The position numbers and the translations under genes are program-made. Below are positions 25,880 through 38,792 of a stretch of DNA of 64,000 bases, in pieces (the first letter of the stretch is position 1; each line of letters opens with the position of its first letter). Where the stretch lies: the NCBI GenBank assembly GCA_028534125.1, contig CM052816.1, positions 82,586,001-82,650,000 of the forward strand. Reading direction: 5' to 3'. Below the pieces are notes generated by a model, which made no database searches, was not told the origin of the DNA, and saw nothing but the letters and a program-made list of their open reading frames with translations. This DNA is from Lama glama (lineage: Eukaryota).

Positions 25880-27740
25880 CATGTTTTTATACTGAGGTAT
25901 CATTTATTTACAATTAAATATTGTCATTTTAAGTTCACAGTTCTGTGCATTTTGACAAATACACACACCTATGTACATACACACCACTACAAAGAAGATA
26001 CAGAACATTTTCAACACCTCAAAATCTTCACTCATCTGTGCACTCCTCTTCTGTGTTCTGAAACTATACTTTTGTTTGCCATTCCTTTGATTTGACTTCT
26101 TTTGTTCAGCATAATGATTTTGGATTCATCCATGATGTTGTGTGTATCACTAATCCACTCCATTGCATTGCTTAATATCATTCAATTGTATGGATATAGC
26201 ACAATATGTTTATCCATTCACTTCTTGTTAGACATTTGGTTTGTTTCTAGTTTGGGGCTATTATGAATTAAGTTACTATTAAGATTCATATACAGGTCCT
26301 TTTCATAGATATCTCTTTTATCTTATTTTAATAGTTTAAAGTAGAATTTTGGGATTGTATGGTATAAGAAACCACCAAATTGTTATCTAAAGTGATTGTA
26401 CAATTTTACATTCCCATTATCAAAGTATAAATGTTCCTGTTACTCCACAACCTCCTCAGAACTTCCTGTCATCAGTCTTTTAGCCATCCTTGTAGCTGTG
26501 TGGTGGTATGTCATTGTGTTTTAATAACATTTTTCTGATGACTAAAGATGGTGTGTATCTTTATATATGCCTATTTTCCATATTTTCTTTTGCAAAGTCT
26601 GTTCAAAACCTATGTTTATTTTTCTAAAAATATTATAAAATTTTTCAAACATACAGAAAATTTTAAAGAATTTTATAATTAATATGTGTATATCCACTAC
26701 CTACAAGCTATCACTTCACTGAAAGTTTTTAAAAATCATAAACTTACTCATTTATCCTTCTTTCCGTGTATCTGTCAGTAAATATTACTTTTTTGTTTCA
26801 AAGTATATTACAGAAAATGATATGTTTTCCCTTCAAATACCCAAATGTGAATTTCATTAACTGGATTTTAGCCAGTTTAGACGTGGTTTTGTAAGAAAAT
26901 TATATGTATTTTTGTAACATACCCACATCAATATATAGAATGTTGCCTTCACCCCAGAATGTTCTTTCATGTCATTTTCGGGTCAGTCCTGACTGCAATC
27001 ACCTTTCTGATTTTTTTAATCATATATTAATTTTTCCTGTCCTGGAATATTATTTAACAGTTGTAGAATAGTCACAATTTTATCTTCAGCTTTTTTCCTT
27101 GGAATTTTTTTGAGATTTATTCATGTTATTGTATGTAGTTCCTTTTTATTAGTGAGTAACATCCCATTGAATATTTATCTATCAATTCTCCTGTTGTCTT
27201 TTTACAATTTTTGTTTTAGTCTTTTAGGAATAAAGCTGCAATAAACCTTATATGCTGCTTTTTGTGAGCACACATTGTCATTTCTCTTAAGTAAATTCCT
27301 AGGCATGGGATTGTTGGACTATAGGATGAGTTAACATTTAGTTTTATAAGAAATGACCATAAAATTTCCAATAGGATTGCACCAGTTTAAACTTCCATCA
27401 GTGGTGTATGAGAGCTCCAGTTGCTCCAAATCTTTTGCCAACAATTGATATTGTCAGTCTTTTTACTTCTAGTCATTCTGAGGTATGTAGAGTGGTATAT
27501 TGTGGTTTTAATTTGCTTTTCCCTGATTACCAATGACATTGGGCACTTTTTCGTGTGATTATTGGACATTTGTAAATCAATTTTTTAATAAAATTTACTT
27601 GAAATCTTTTTCCCATTAAAAAGTTGGTTGCTTGTCTTTATTATTATTGTTTTATAGTTCTTTATTTACCTTCACAGTCCTTGTCAAATGTTTTCTTTCA
27701 CTCTGTGACTTGTCTTTCTTTTCCTCTTGGTACCTCCTGC
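25880..27740 (-). mobile_element. Cluster of old L1 (L1M) 3'-end fragments, at least two elements
   Basis: tgtatggatatagcacaatatgtttatccattcac, tttggggctattatgaat, second copy attgtggttttaatttgcttttccctgattaccaatga; ORF 27387-27569 (KCPMSLVIREKQIKTT) resembles ORF2 C-terminal region. Confidence 0.9.
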
Positions 27741-28554
27741 AAACCAGACATCACTGACTTTTCCTTGTGCAGTAGAAACTTGAGATTTCAGCCAAACCAA
27801 TATCCTGTCTTCTCTCACATACTGTTGGTAAATCTAGTTATATAAGCTTATTATGCTATCCAAAGACAAAGAAATTATGCTTAATGTAATCTTTATTTCT
27901 AATCAGTGAGTAGTTATTGAAGGAAAGGACAAACACTACGAGATAGAAATTTCGATTCATTTTATCACTATGTTGCATCATTTAGACTGATTTGTTATAG
28001 CTTAAGAAAAAAGAGTAAAGTACATTAACAATTAGTGAGTTTGAGCATTCTGATCCAGTGAAGTTATACTGGGTTGACATCCCATATAAACTCCTGGATA
28101 GGGCATGTAGGGCACTCATTCTTTTTCTTTAAAGAAATAAAAATAAACACTCATAGACTCATGTTTTCTACTATGTCTCTTGTCTTGATCCACCTGAATC
28201 TCACTTTCAGCAGGTAAATCGATATTACATATATTATATAGATAAATAGTATATATAAAACAGTATTATCTACCTATCTTTCTATTTATCTAACATGTTT
28301 GGCCTTGCCCTGGAAGTCATAACTGGGCTTCTGTGTCAAAAGGACATAAGCAATGTACGAGTCTGGCTCTGGAAAAAAAAAATCCTAAGGTGTTCTTTAG
28401 AAAATATGACAATTTCAAAGTTTCTAGGCCTACAGGTTTTTAGGAGAAAGAATAGCTCAGGGAAAATGTTATACTGGCACCAAATAAGAAGACCAGATAT
28501 TCAAACTCAAATGTCCAGATGACTTTAGTTATTTATTTTCCTTGGCACAGCCAA

Positions 28555-28715
28555 GCAGCATGGTCTATGTTCTTGGGTACTTTGCTGAAATCTAGATTCC
28601 TTTGCCACATTCAGACTCTGAGTCAGAATCTCTGGGTAGAGATGCTAGTATCTGTGTTTTCTAGCAACCAATCCCTATAATGTTATAGTCGGGTATATAT
28701 AAAAGATTTCACTAA
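28555..28715. mobile_element. MER5-like hAT-Charlie DNA transposon remnant
   Basis: agattcctttgccacattcagactctgagtcagaatctctgggtag...tatctgtgttttctagca. Confidence 0.6.
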
Positions 28716-29042
28716 ATTATTGATCCTAGCCAATAGTGTCATGAAGAGGTTAGAGGTTTTAACTTGGCATGAGATATCTCAGCTAAGATTATTATTTTTT
28801 CCATTTACTAGAAAGGTGCAGTAGTTGGTGGGATAAAGGAGGCTCATTCAAGGGCAGAAAAATCATTAGCTGAACAATACATTTAATAATGTTTGTCTCT
28901 GAAGGAACTGAGGAGGCTATTCAGCGACAGCCTTTGTCTTTCCTAGGATGGAGATGGATCACGTGCTTTTCCTGAAGGAAAGAAATATCTCTGCAGAGCA
29001 GTCAGGAATAAGAAAGATAGGAGCACATTTGCCCCTTAATTT

Positions 29043-29477
29043 TGTACCAGTCAGATCTATTCATAAAACAGAAAATTATTCTGTATATATAAATCTCAGG
29101 TAATTTAAGGCAAATGATTTTGATTTAAAAAATAACTGAGAAACTGAGCAGAACAATGGGATGACTAAGATATTCACAACAACAGAAGGACACTGCCAAT
29201 CCTAAATTAGAGGAAAAAGGGAGGGAAACGATATTCCCAAAGCCTGGGGGCTTAGGGCCACTCAGAAGGAGCAGAAATAGCGGTGGGTTTTCCAAGTGGG
29301 AGCTGCAGCCATTGAGAAAACATAGACACTACCAAAGACACTTTCAGAGACAGAAGAGTGCTACCTTCTAGTCTCTAGACAGTCTTCAGTGGCCAAGCTG
29401 CAATTTAAATGGGTCAGTGCCTCGGTGGCACAGAGCAGAGGAAGGATGAAATGGATCTGAACTCCAGTACTGATACA
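29043..29477 (-). mobile_element. ERVL solo LTR (LTR33-like)
   Basis: tgtaccagtcag...acagaaa start; ggcacagagcagag...atggatctga; ends ctgataca. Confidence 0.6.
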
Positions 29478-29741
29478 ACCTGCATTTAACTTGTTCTAGA
29501 GAATATGGATTCATTACTCAAGGCTTGTTTTATTTCTGATCATCATTCTCTTAATCCAGAATTGCCATTCCTTTTTATAAATGGAACTATGTGAAACATG
29601 ATATTCAATTACTCTTGAATTACAAAACCACATTTTCATACAGTTTAGTTAACATCTTCCTCTATTATACATGGTACATACACCATATGGGCTCATAGGG
29701 AGAGTATAAAGCAAGACTGTCCTTACTTTATTTACATATAT

Positions 29742-29875
29742 ATCCCTCTGCTAAGCTGCAAGAGCTTTGATGGCTGAAATGTGCTTTACTTAATTTTGTA
29801 TCTCCAGTACCAAGCACAGAATCTGCTAAACAATTGGAAATTAATACATGATTATTGTATGAAAGAAGGAAGGAA
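29742..29875 (+). mobile_element. L2 3' terminus
   Basis: tttgtatctccagtaccaagcacag...atgaaagaaggaagg. Confidence 0.55.
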
Positions 29876-30134
29876 AAATACTTTTGCATTACAACCTAAA
29901 TTGTTAAACTAGATAATGTCACATAAGCAAAAAAAAAGCATTCAATAAAAACATATTTCAAAATACTGTATTTTTTCACATTAAAAGACTCAGAAATTGA
30001 GAACAACTATTTTGCGAAATAGTTAAACTGAAAAGTTGGACTTTAGTTGTAGTTTTGTACTAGGTACTCAAGGAAATTTTGAAATTAGGTAGGTATTAAG
30101 GCTGAAATAATTCTAAATTTATGTATGTTATATA

Positions 30135-30350
30135 CTGTTGACCCTTGAACAACATGTGTTTGAACTGCACTTACAGGAAGATTTTTTTCAATAAATAGGT
30201 ATCCACAGTACTACATGTCTTTTGATTGGTTAAGTCTGAAGATTTGAAGCCGTGGATATTGAGGGAGGGCCAGCTGGGTAGTTATACTTGGATTTTTCAA
30301 CTGCATGGGGGTCACGGCCCCGAGCCCTCAAGGTGTTCAAGGGTCAACTA
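30135..30350. mobile_element. Tigger2-family non-autonomous DNA transposon (MITE)
   Basis: Terminal inverted repeats ctgttgacccttgaaca / tgttcaagggtcaacta, TA target duplication both sides. Confidence 0.92.
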
Positions 30351-30734
30351 TATGTCATATTGCACAGTCATGTCTACTGCATACTCTCCAGATTTGTTAG
30401 TTTTCATTTTTGCACTCTTTCACACAATTTGTCATTCTTTATAGAAAAAAAAAGATGAAGCAAGCTTCTCTTGTTCATGAGACTGGAATCTGAAATTTAT
30501 TGTCTTGCGAGTAAAACTGTAATAAGCTATCACAGCTAAAAGTGAAAAGAAAATATGAAGTCTTAGCATATGGACTTTTTTTTTAACTTAATTTGAAACA
30601 AACTAAACAATTGATTAAAAAAAACCCAGAAGGAAACTATGGATAAAACTGATAAAGTTGTAGATGTTTCTATAAAGTAATTAATTCAATAATGTTGTAA
30701 GTAGCACGTTCTTTAACAAGAATATGAAAACTGA

Positions 30735-30892
30735 TGAATAAAATAATGCCATTTGCAGCAATATGGATGGACCTGAAGATTGTCATTCTAAGTGAAGTGG
30801 CTGGAAAGAGAGAAAAATGCCACATGACAGCATTTATATGAGGAATCTAAAAAATAATAACAATAATAGTAAGGACACAAATGAACTAATTA
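30735..30892 (+). mobile_element. L1 fragment (end of ORF2 / start of 3'UTR)
   Basis: aaataatgccatttgcagcaatatggatggacctgaagattgtcattctaagtgaagt...ggaatctaaaa...acaaatgaact. Confidence 0.88.
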
Positions 30893-31699
30893 TTATTTTG
30901 ATTTCTTGAATATGTGTAAGCACATTTGACTGTCTTTATGATTGGATTACCGCATTCTGTTGATTCTTATTTTGTAGTTGGCTTTATTCCTTTGATAACT
31001 AAGTTTAAAAAGCTAAAGATCTAATCTGTTCTAAGAAACAATAATTAGTACATATATGTAAACTAAAAAAAGTGCAACATACTGTATATATGTATTTACA
31101 TGCAATGTAATGTGTATGTGCAGTTAGACTGTAATAATTCTACCTAATAAAACTGAAAAAGGAGGGAAAAAAAGAAAACTGAGACAACTAGGACAATGAT
31201 AAAAATAAGCTGAAGGGTTTTTTAATCCTCCCAAAAGTTCATGATTTTTATGCTAAAGAGAAAAAAGCATGAGGGGGGATTTTTCTGTGGAAAAAGACAA
31301 GAAGATTAAAAGGCAAAAGCTGCACTTCATCACTTTTTTGTCTATTTTTGAGTGTGAATTTTTGAGATGCCTTTGTAACAATGTAGTTACCATATTCACT
31401 GAGGCCATATCATCTTACTTATTTACTATAGAAAGTCATTGAACTCATGAAGATTTCATGATTCATACACACAGAACCTCTAATCGGAGAAGAAAAATAA
31501 TGGGGTTAGAACTGCACAGAACAGCATGGAGAAATAAAATAAAGATCGCTGGTTCATGGTTATTAAAACTTAGGGATCCATGAAAAAAAGTCAGGTAATT
31601 TTTTTTTCCCAAGGCTGGGAAATTCATGAGCACATTTCATGTGTCTCAAAAGATCCCAAAGAACGAATTGGGGATGAATAAAATGCTCTCTCTCAATTT

Positions 31700-32250
31700 G
31701 ATTCACTCACTCATCAAATATTTACTGAAAGGCCCTATATGTAAAGCTCGATTGGAGGCTGGTGCTCTATAAAAGGGAAAAAAGTGAGCCTCCTGTACAT
31801 AATCCAATTCCTGAAGATTACTGTCCTGATAGGGAAGAAAAGCTAAGTGACACCTAGACCAGTAAATAGTCACAAGATGCTGATGCATCATGCTACATGG
31901 GAAAAACTAACTCAAAGACTGAAATTCTCTGTAGCTACAGAGATGAAATGATCTTGAACTGGTACCTAAGGATAGGTGAGAATCAAATCTTAATGAATGG
32001 AAGATAGAAGAGAATAATATATTAGTACAAGACTAGAAAGGGGTGAGATGGATCGGCTGGAGGGTACCAATCATGGAGGGGAATGATGAACTGACTGCAG
32101 ATGGTTGCAAGTTTGCATGATAAGGTCAAATATTTGAACTTAATTTGTTGCATTAAACAATGTCATTGAGAATGTTGAACCAGATGTGAAGAGAAACACG
32201 GACAGAGCACAGATTTAGGAAGATGCAGTAAGAGCCTTGGATTAAATCTC
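31700..32250 (-). mobile_element. L2 3' region
   Basis: attcactcactcatcaaatatttactga start, purine-rich continuation. Confidence 0.65.
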
Positions 32251-34057
32251 GCACACCGCTTGAAGCTTTAAAACTGTGTTTTCCTAAGATTCTGTGAGTG
32301 TTTTGGCAGAGGATATAGGAGAGTTGGACTAAAGGTCTAGCAGCTGGAGGTTTCCTTGATGTTATCTAAGGGTCTAGGGTGAAGGCAGGAGTGTGTGGGG
32401 GCTCTTTCAGGGAGAATGGGTAGCAAGAGGTTTTGTAGCAAAATAAAGGGAAACTGAAAACTGCTAGGGTGGGAATGAGGGGAGGGAAAAGGCTAAGGAG
32501 GATCTGAGTTCTGCTGGTTGGAGTATGTCATTGTGGAAAACTGAAAGTTTGATAGAAATGGGGTAAAGAATGGCACATCTTGAAATTTTAAATTTAGATA
32601 TGTTAATTTTTAAATGCTGACGAGACACGTGCTTACGAAATCTTACGACGTGTCCTTGACTCAGGTTCTAAAATGTGCACACAGCTAACATGCGATCATT
32701 GATGGGACGTGCAGAACACAGAGGGAGGGTCCCACCATCTTAGAGGGACAATCAAGATGGAACATAAGCCTGGTAATTAATTAGGTGCCAAGAAGTAAGT
32801 TGGTATCTCTAAGTGAGAATCAGAATCCAAAACTCAGTCTGCCTCTATCGTTGGCAGAGCATGGTGCAAAAAAGTGAAGGGAATGGATTTTAACACATAA
32901 TTATGCAAAGAATTTTAAAGGCATTATTCCCATGTGGTCCTTTTTGAAGCCATATCATACATTTGTTCTTCTTTAAAAAATCATTTAAAAAATTCTACAA
33001 ACTGGAAGAAAAGACAGTTCAAATATTACAACTATTACAGACACAATTGTTGAGTTAGGAAGACATTTGAACCAGATTAGTGATAAAGACCACATAAGGT
33101 GTTGTGATTTTAGGGAAATTCTTAGTAAAGTGAAGAGTGAGATAGAAACTATTCTATTGGTAAAAAATTATCTCTTGTCAAAAAGGAAAACAATTGTTCA
33201 TTTCAACCAGCTACATAGGTTATTTATAGATAGATGTTAGTTTTAATTTTGTAATGATCAAATGGAAAACAATTGATGGGAATATCTTTGTATATTACAT
33301 GGAAATATAATGTTTTAAATTAATATAAATGGACAATTATGATATGATTATGGTCTGTATAATCCAAGGTCTTCCAAAGTAAAGGTACATATGTCTAGGT
33401 ATTATATTATAGAACTAGCAAAATTCATTTTATGAACAGTATTCCCTTTACACTAGCTGATCGCTATTTACTAATTATAGCTCTAGAAAATGTAGGGAAA
33501 TACAGAAAACTATATATTATAATTATATACATATATATTAAATGTATATATTATATATAATTTTGAACCAGAAAAAATTCCAGTATCATGGGATCTAAAT
33601 AGCATTCTTTTAACTCATGCTTCAACAGTTTCTTTTATAACAATTCATGTGTATTCCAAAGGTGTCACTCAAATAGGTAGGAATGATGACTTAACGCTGA
33701 TTAATAGTGTAAAGGTACATAGTAAAATTTCAATATATACTATTTACCTATTATAATCACTATTATTAATATTATTATCATTTATTTATATGTTCACACA
33801 AAATCTAGAAACAAGGGTAGGGAAAAGTGGCATTTAAAAAATATATGAGTCAGAAGGAAATAGTTGAGAAGAGATCTTTCAGCAATACTGAAGTATCGTA
33901 CTTATGATCTTACTCACTTTTCCTGCTGTAGTCTTATGATTCCTACTTATTTAAATGAATATGTCTTAATAAATAGAAAATTTAAGTGTAAATTACATAT
34001 CTTCAAAACAAATACATTACTAAAAGCTTGAATATATGATCATAGAGAAACCTATGT

Positions 34058-34660
34058 CGTTGACATCAGCAAGATGACAAGTCTAAGAAGTCCTAGGCTA
34101 TTTTCCCCCCAACAAACAAGAGTCAGCAACACTTCATGAACAAATTTCCTTTGTGAGAAATCCAGAAATGAACTGAAAGTTTCCTGCACCCAGGAGAACG
34201 TGAAGCCAGACTCACTGAAGTCAGTGGTGAGATTCGGGTCTCTCTCCAGAATCCCTACCCCTGGCACAGAATCATACAATGAAGAAGAAACCCACCAGGG
34301 CCCCAGCTTCTCCCAAGGGTGGGAAGGGGTTGATTTGTGCATCCAGTACCCCGGCAGTTTTGAAAGGTTTCCCAACAGGACCAGTTTCTGCTTTGCCAGT
34401 CTTGGAGCTCTGAAGGTACTGAAGCAGTATAGCCACCTGGAGGAGAAGGAGATGGCAGCTTGGATCAGTAGATCTTCCCTCTGCTCAGAGAGTAAGTCGA
34501 TGAAAAAACCAGCTCTCAGCTTCTTCTGGGGAGGGAAAGCATTGATCTGGCACATCCCGCTTTCTCTAGTTAGCTCCAACAGCTAATGGTTATCTTGTCA
34601 GTGTCTTAGAGTTCTGATGGGTCTAGTGAAGAGCCACCTCAAGAGTTCAAAACAGTCATC
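34058..34660 (+). mobile_element. L1 5'UTR remnant (L1M3-like 5' end)
   Basis: gacatcagcaagatg; aaatttcctttgtgagaaatccagaaa; cctgcacccagg; twice-repeated cagcttct...gggaa unit, as in old L1 5' ends. Confidence 0.75.
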
Positions 34661-36011
34661 CTGCATGACATAATTATGAGTGATGCTTATGTTACTTAAA
34701 AATTTTATGCTTTCCACATGCACCATATTTGAACAGGGATTACTGCATAATAATAAAAACCACAATAAAATTTGTTTAAAAGAATGCAATACACCATATC
34801 CAGGCAAAAGGAGAGTCTTTGTTTTGCATTTACATTGCCATTATTTCACTTTTCTAATTCTATGGGTATGTGTGTGCATCAGAATAATCTGAACACAGGT
34901 TTTATTTTACAAGTTGTTCTTATGGTACTGTGGATATTATTTGCTCAAGGCAGATTACAGAGATTAGAATCTGTATATACTTATATCTATGACATAAATT
35001 GAAAGCCATTTAAATGATTTCTTACACTATGATCATTGGATTGAGTATTAAAGTGCACTGCTTTTGAGTTCTAATCTTGCTACCCAGAGCATGTTCCTCA
35101 TTATCCAAAACAAATTAATCCATGAAAAAGCCCATTTGACGTAAATCCAATTAAATTAGCTTCTAAATTTTTATATAAATTATGATCAAGTTTACCTCAA
35201 AAGAAAACTAAGAGTCTGAAAATATTGTCATTTTTAATAAAATTTATTTTATAATAGCAACTGTGAATAAGTACAATGAATAAATGATAAATCTTACGTG
35301 GAATAAGATTTTCTCATTTTTAAGCCCCCAAGTTTTTTCTGTTAGTGATAAAGACCATCCTTAACTTTATTTTTGACTTTTGCATAATCAGAGTATGTCA
35401 CCATGCTGCTAGAATTTTGCCACCAGAATAAAATTTGGTGGAGGGAGATCCACACTGCACCAATGAGATGTCATATAACTTTAGCTGGGTGACATTAGAG
35501 ACATGAAATTCATTGGCCTTTGGGGACTCTATATCTCTTTGCATCTGCATACCCAGTTTTGTTACCAGTGTTGAGGGACATTAAGGCACTCAATCTGCAG
35601 TCTGAAAACTCTAGTGGTATGTGAATTATATTCTACATTACTCCCTAGTTAACTGCTTGATCATCAGTGCAGAGATGGACAGCTGTCCAGGGAAGATTTC
35701 TGCAAGATCATTCAAATTGGCATAGATCTTACCATTTTAGAATGATAGAATTTGTTAGTTTTTTTTTTTTTTTTTTGCTATGCTATCTCTAAAAGTATCT
35801 GATGGCTTGCACTAATGGCAAACCAAATACGAACCAAGACCACTATCCACAAACACCCTGTTCTTATAGCGCTGAAGTTGGTCAAACATAGACATACCTC
35901 AATTTTCAGGACCTCCCACGGACTTCAGCACATAGCTGGCCAATAGTTAAATGATAAAACAAAAGTTCAGATTAATATACAGATATTCGCATTTTAGGAG
36001 GACCTTGAATG

Positions 36012-36031
36012 CAACATGTTGCAACATGTTT
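36012..36031. promoter_or_regulatory. Candidate p53-family response element
   Basis: CAACATGTTG CAACATGTTT, two decamers with CATG cores, no spacer. Confidence 0.35.
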
Positions 36032-36460
36032 TATATTAATAGAGTCATAAAATTTCTTTTGAAGACAGGCATTTATTATAAATGGATTAATTTGAAGCAC
36101 ATAATTAAATTCCTTGCCAAATGGCAAATAGCCAGTCAGAGGTAGAGCCTGATTTCTGACCTTTTCTCCTTAGTCACCAATGAGAGTGACTTTCAAACTG
36201 CAAAACTGAGTGATTGTATTATAATTTCACATTTTATTAGCATTATGTTTGGGAACAGCACATTCATAGAGATGACAGAGTCCAGTTTTCCTATATTTTA
36301 AAATAATTAATTTAATAAAAAATTATATGATGATACTTGCATGTGCCTATCTTTAAAAACAGAGTTAAATAGTAATCAAAAGATTTCAGTATACCTCAAT
36401 TGTGTAAAGGTTACATTTTTAAAGTTCCTATAATTTTCATGACTTTAAAAATACTTATGT

Positions 36461-36645
36461 AAAGAAACAATCCCCTTTAAAATAGCACCCAAAGTAATAA
36501 AATATCTGGGAATAAATCTAACCAAGGAGGCGAAAGAATTATACACAGAAAACTATAAACCATTGATGAAGGAAATTAAAGAAGACTTTAAAAAATGGAA
36601 AGATATTCCATGCTCTTGGATTGGAAGAATCAATATTGTTAAAAT
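36461..36645 (+). pseudogene. L1 ORF2 (end of RT region) fragment, open frame
   Basis: [61 protein letters not shown] contains hallmark KYLGI and [13 protein letters not shown]. Confidence 0.95.
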
Positions 36646-37145
36646 NNNNNNNNNNNNNNNNNNNNNNNNNNNNNNNNNNNNNNNNNNNNNNNNNNNNNNN
36701 NNNNNNNNNNNNNNNNNNNNNNNNNNNNNNNNNNNNNNNNNNNNNNNNNNNNNNNNNNNNNNNNNNNNNNNNNNNNNNNNNNNNNNNNNNNNNNNNNNNN
36801 NNNNNNNNNNNNNNNNNNNNNNNNNNNNNNNNNNNNNNNNNNNNNNNNNNNNNNNNNNNNNNNNNNNNNNNNNNNNNNNNNNNNNNNNNNNNNNNNNNNN
36901 NNNNNNNNNNNNNNNNNNNNNNNNNNNNNNNNNNNNNNNNNNNNNNNNNNNNNNNNNNNNNNNNNNNNNNNNNNNNNNNNNNNNNNNNNNNNNNNNNNNN
37001 NNNNNNNNNNNNNNNNNNNNNNNNNNNNNNNNNNNNNNNNNNNNNNNNNNNNNNNNNNNNNNNNNNNNNNNNNNNNNNNNNNNNNNNNNNNNNNNNNNNN
37101 NNNNNNNNNNNNNNNNNNNNNNNNNNNNNNNNNNNNNNNNNNNNN
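36646..37145. other. Assembly gap, 500 N
   Basis: Run of N. Confidence 1.
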
Positions 37146-38482
37146 ACAGAGAATACAGACTTGTGGTTACCAGGGGGGTAGAGGGTGGGAGGGGATAGAC
37201 TGGGATTTCAAAATTGTAGAATAGATAAACAAGATTACACTGTATAGCACAGGGAAATATACACAAAATGTTATGATAAATCACAGAGAAAAAAATGTGA
37301 CAATGAGTGTGTATATGTCCATGAATGACTGAAAAAATGTGCTGAACACTGGAATTTGACACAACATTGTAAAATGATTATAAATCAATAAAAAATAAAA
37401 AATGTTAAAAAAATACTTATTCTGTCCTATCACCTAGGAATTTTCTTTGATTTACATAACCCCAGTAGTCACATTACTTACCCTAATCTTTTTTTTGTTG
37501 TTGTAGATGTAGAGATTCTCAGTCCTGAAGAATCAAATATTAACACATTGAAATGTCATTAACTAACTGAAGATAAAAAAAGGCATTCTCACCTTGTTAT
37601 CACGACTCACCTCTACCACACTTACAAATATGAACATCTTTAAAAAAAAAAAAAACCTTAAGTAAATCAGGAAAATTTCAATATATAGATGAAACTGGAT
37701 TTCAATATACGTGATATATTTTGCTTATGGATGCAGAGTTAAATACATAAGATACTTAAGATATTATCAATCATAAATGTATACACCATTTCCCAAAGAA
37801 TATTGATTTGGACATGAAATTAAACAAGATGCTAATTTCAGAACATGCAGGAATCCCTTTTAATGATACATATATACTTATCTACTTTTTTTTGTCAGAA
37901 AATTTATAAACATGTTTATAATTACTAAAAATATATATTAAAATAATTGTCTGTGAACTAGACCTAAAAAGAAAAATCTTGAAAAGGTCTTAGTCTTTTG
38001 AGATCTAACTAGTAAAGCTTTACATAAGCCTAATGAAACTCCTAGGCAGTACATTACATGGCAGGCAAACTGCTCTTTCTCTAGGGAATGTTACAAAGGA
38101 CATTCATTACCTATTAATGGTGTCAGATTCATGGTGAAGACTGTAGCTATTTCCTTGAAACAAGAAAACTACTTCAAAATTACATAATTTGGATTTAGAA
38201 TAAAATGCCCAATTCTGTTCACTGAATACCTATTTTAAATATTTCTTCCAAAAGCAAAATATTTATAAAATAACAGAACAGAATTTAAAAATAGATATTA
38301 TTGCGTGTCAAAAAAGTTGATGTATATGTTTACACATAACACAGTTTCCTTTCTTATTTCTAAACAGCAGCAAAAAGTTTTAATAGCACTTTTACTGCTA
38401 CTAAGCTCTTTCAAGGATTAATGCTGGTGTTTCTCAAGCTGTGTTCCAGGGAACACTGGTTCTGGTGAATGCTAATAGGTTG

Positions 38483-38573
38483 GTTTTTTTTTTTTGAGTT
38501 AACTTTTTTTTAATTGAAATATACTTGATTTACAATGTTGTATTAGTTTCTGGTATACAGCATAGTGATTCAG

Positions 38574-38606
<33 letters not shown>

Positions 38607-38792
38607 ATATGTTCTTTTTCATCATAGGTTATTACAAGATATTGAATATAATTCCCTGTGCTATATGGTAGGACCTTGTTGTTTATCTATTTGATATAAA
38701 GTAGACTTTCTCTGTTTTGGCTTTTTCTCTCTCTCTTTTTTTTTTTGGTATATATATATATTTTTTTTCAATTGATGTATAGTCAGTTTGCA
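38483..38792 (-). mobile_element. Young L1 3' end with (TA)n, plus a second very short L1 3' tip (~38737-38792)
   Basis: ttgatttacaatgttgtattagtttctggtatacagcatagtgattcag; ttccctgtgctatatggtaggaccttgttg; then tttcaattgatgtatagtcagttt. Confidence 0.9.

Larger units (their letters stand above)
36459..37408 (+). mobile_element. Young 5'-truncated L1 with 12-bp TSD, spanning the assembly gap
   Basis: TSD aaaaatacttat at 36447-36458 and 37409-37420, preceded by TT (TT/AAAA site); ORF2 fragment left of gap, 3'UTR with AATAAA and A-rich tail right of gap. Confidence 0.95.

Noticed and set aside
25538..26095. 185-aa ORF on + strand
   Set aside because: Non-ATG start, no recognisable domain, and the 3' part is antisense L1 3'UTR
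34052..34586. Overlapping 175-aa and 128-aa ORFs as a host coding exon
   Set aside because: DNA resembles an L1 5'UTR; no recognisable protein or convincing splice context
36553..37362. 269/211/186-aa ORFs
   Set aside because: Length is an artefact of translating through 500 Ns; only the ORF2 fragment is real
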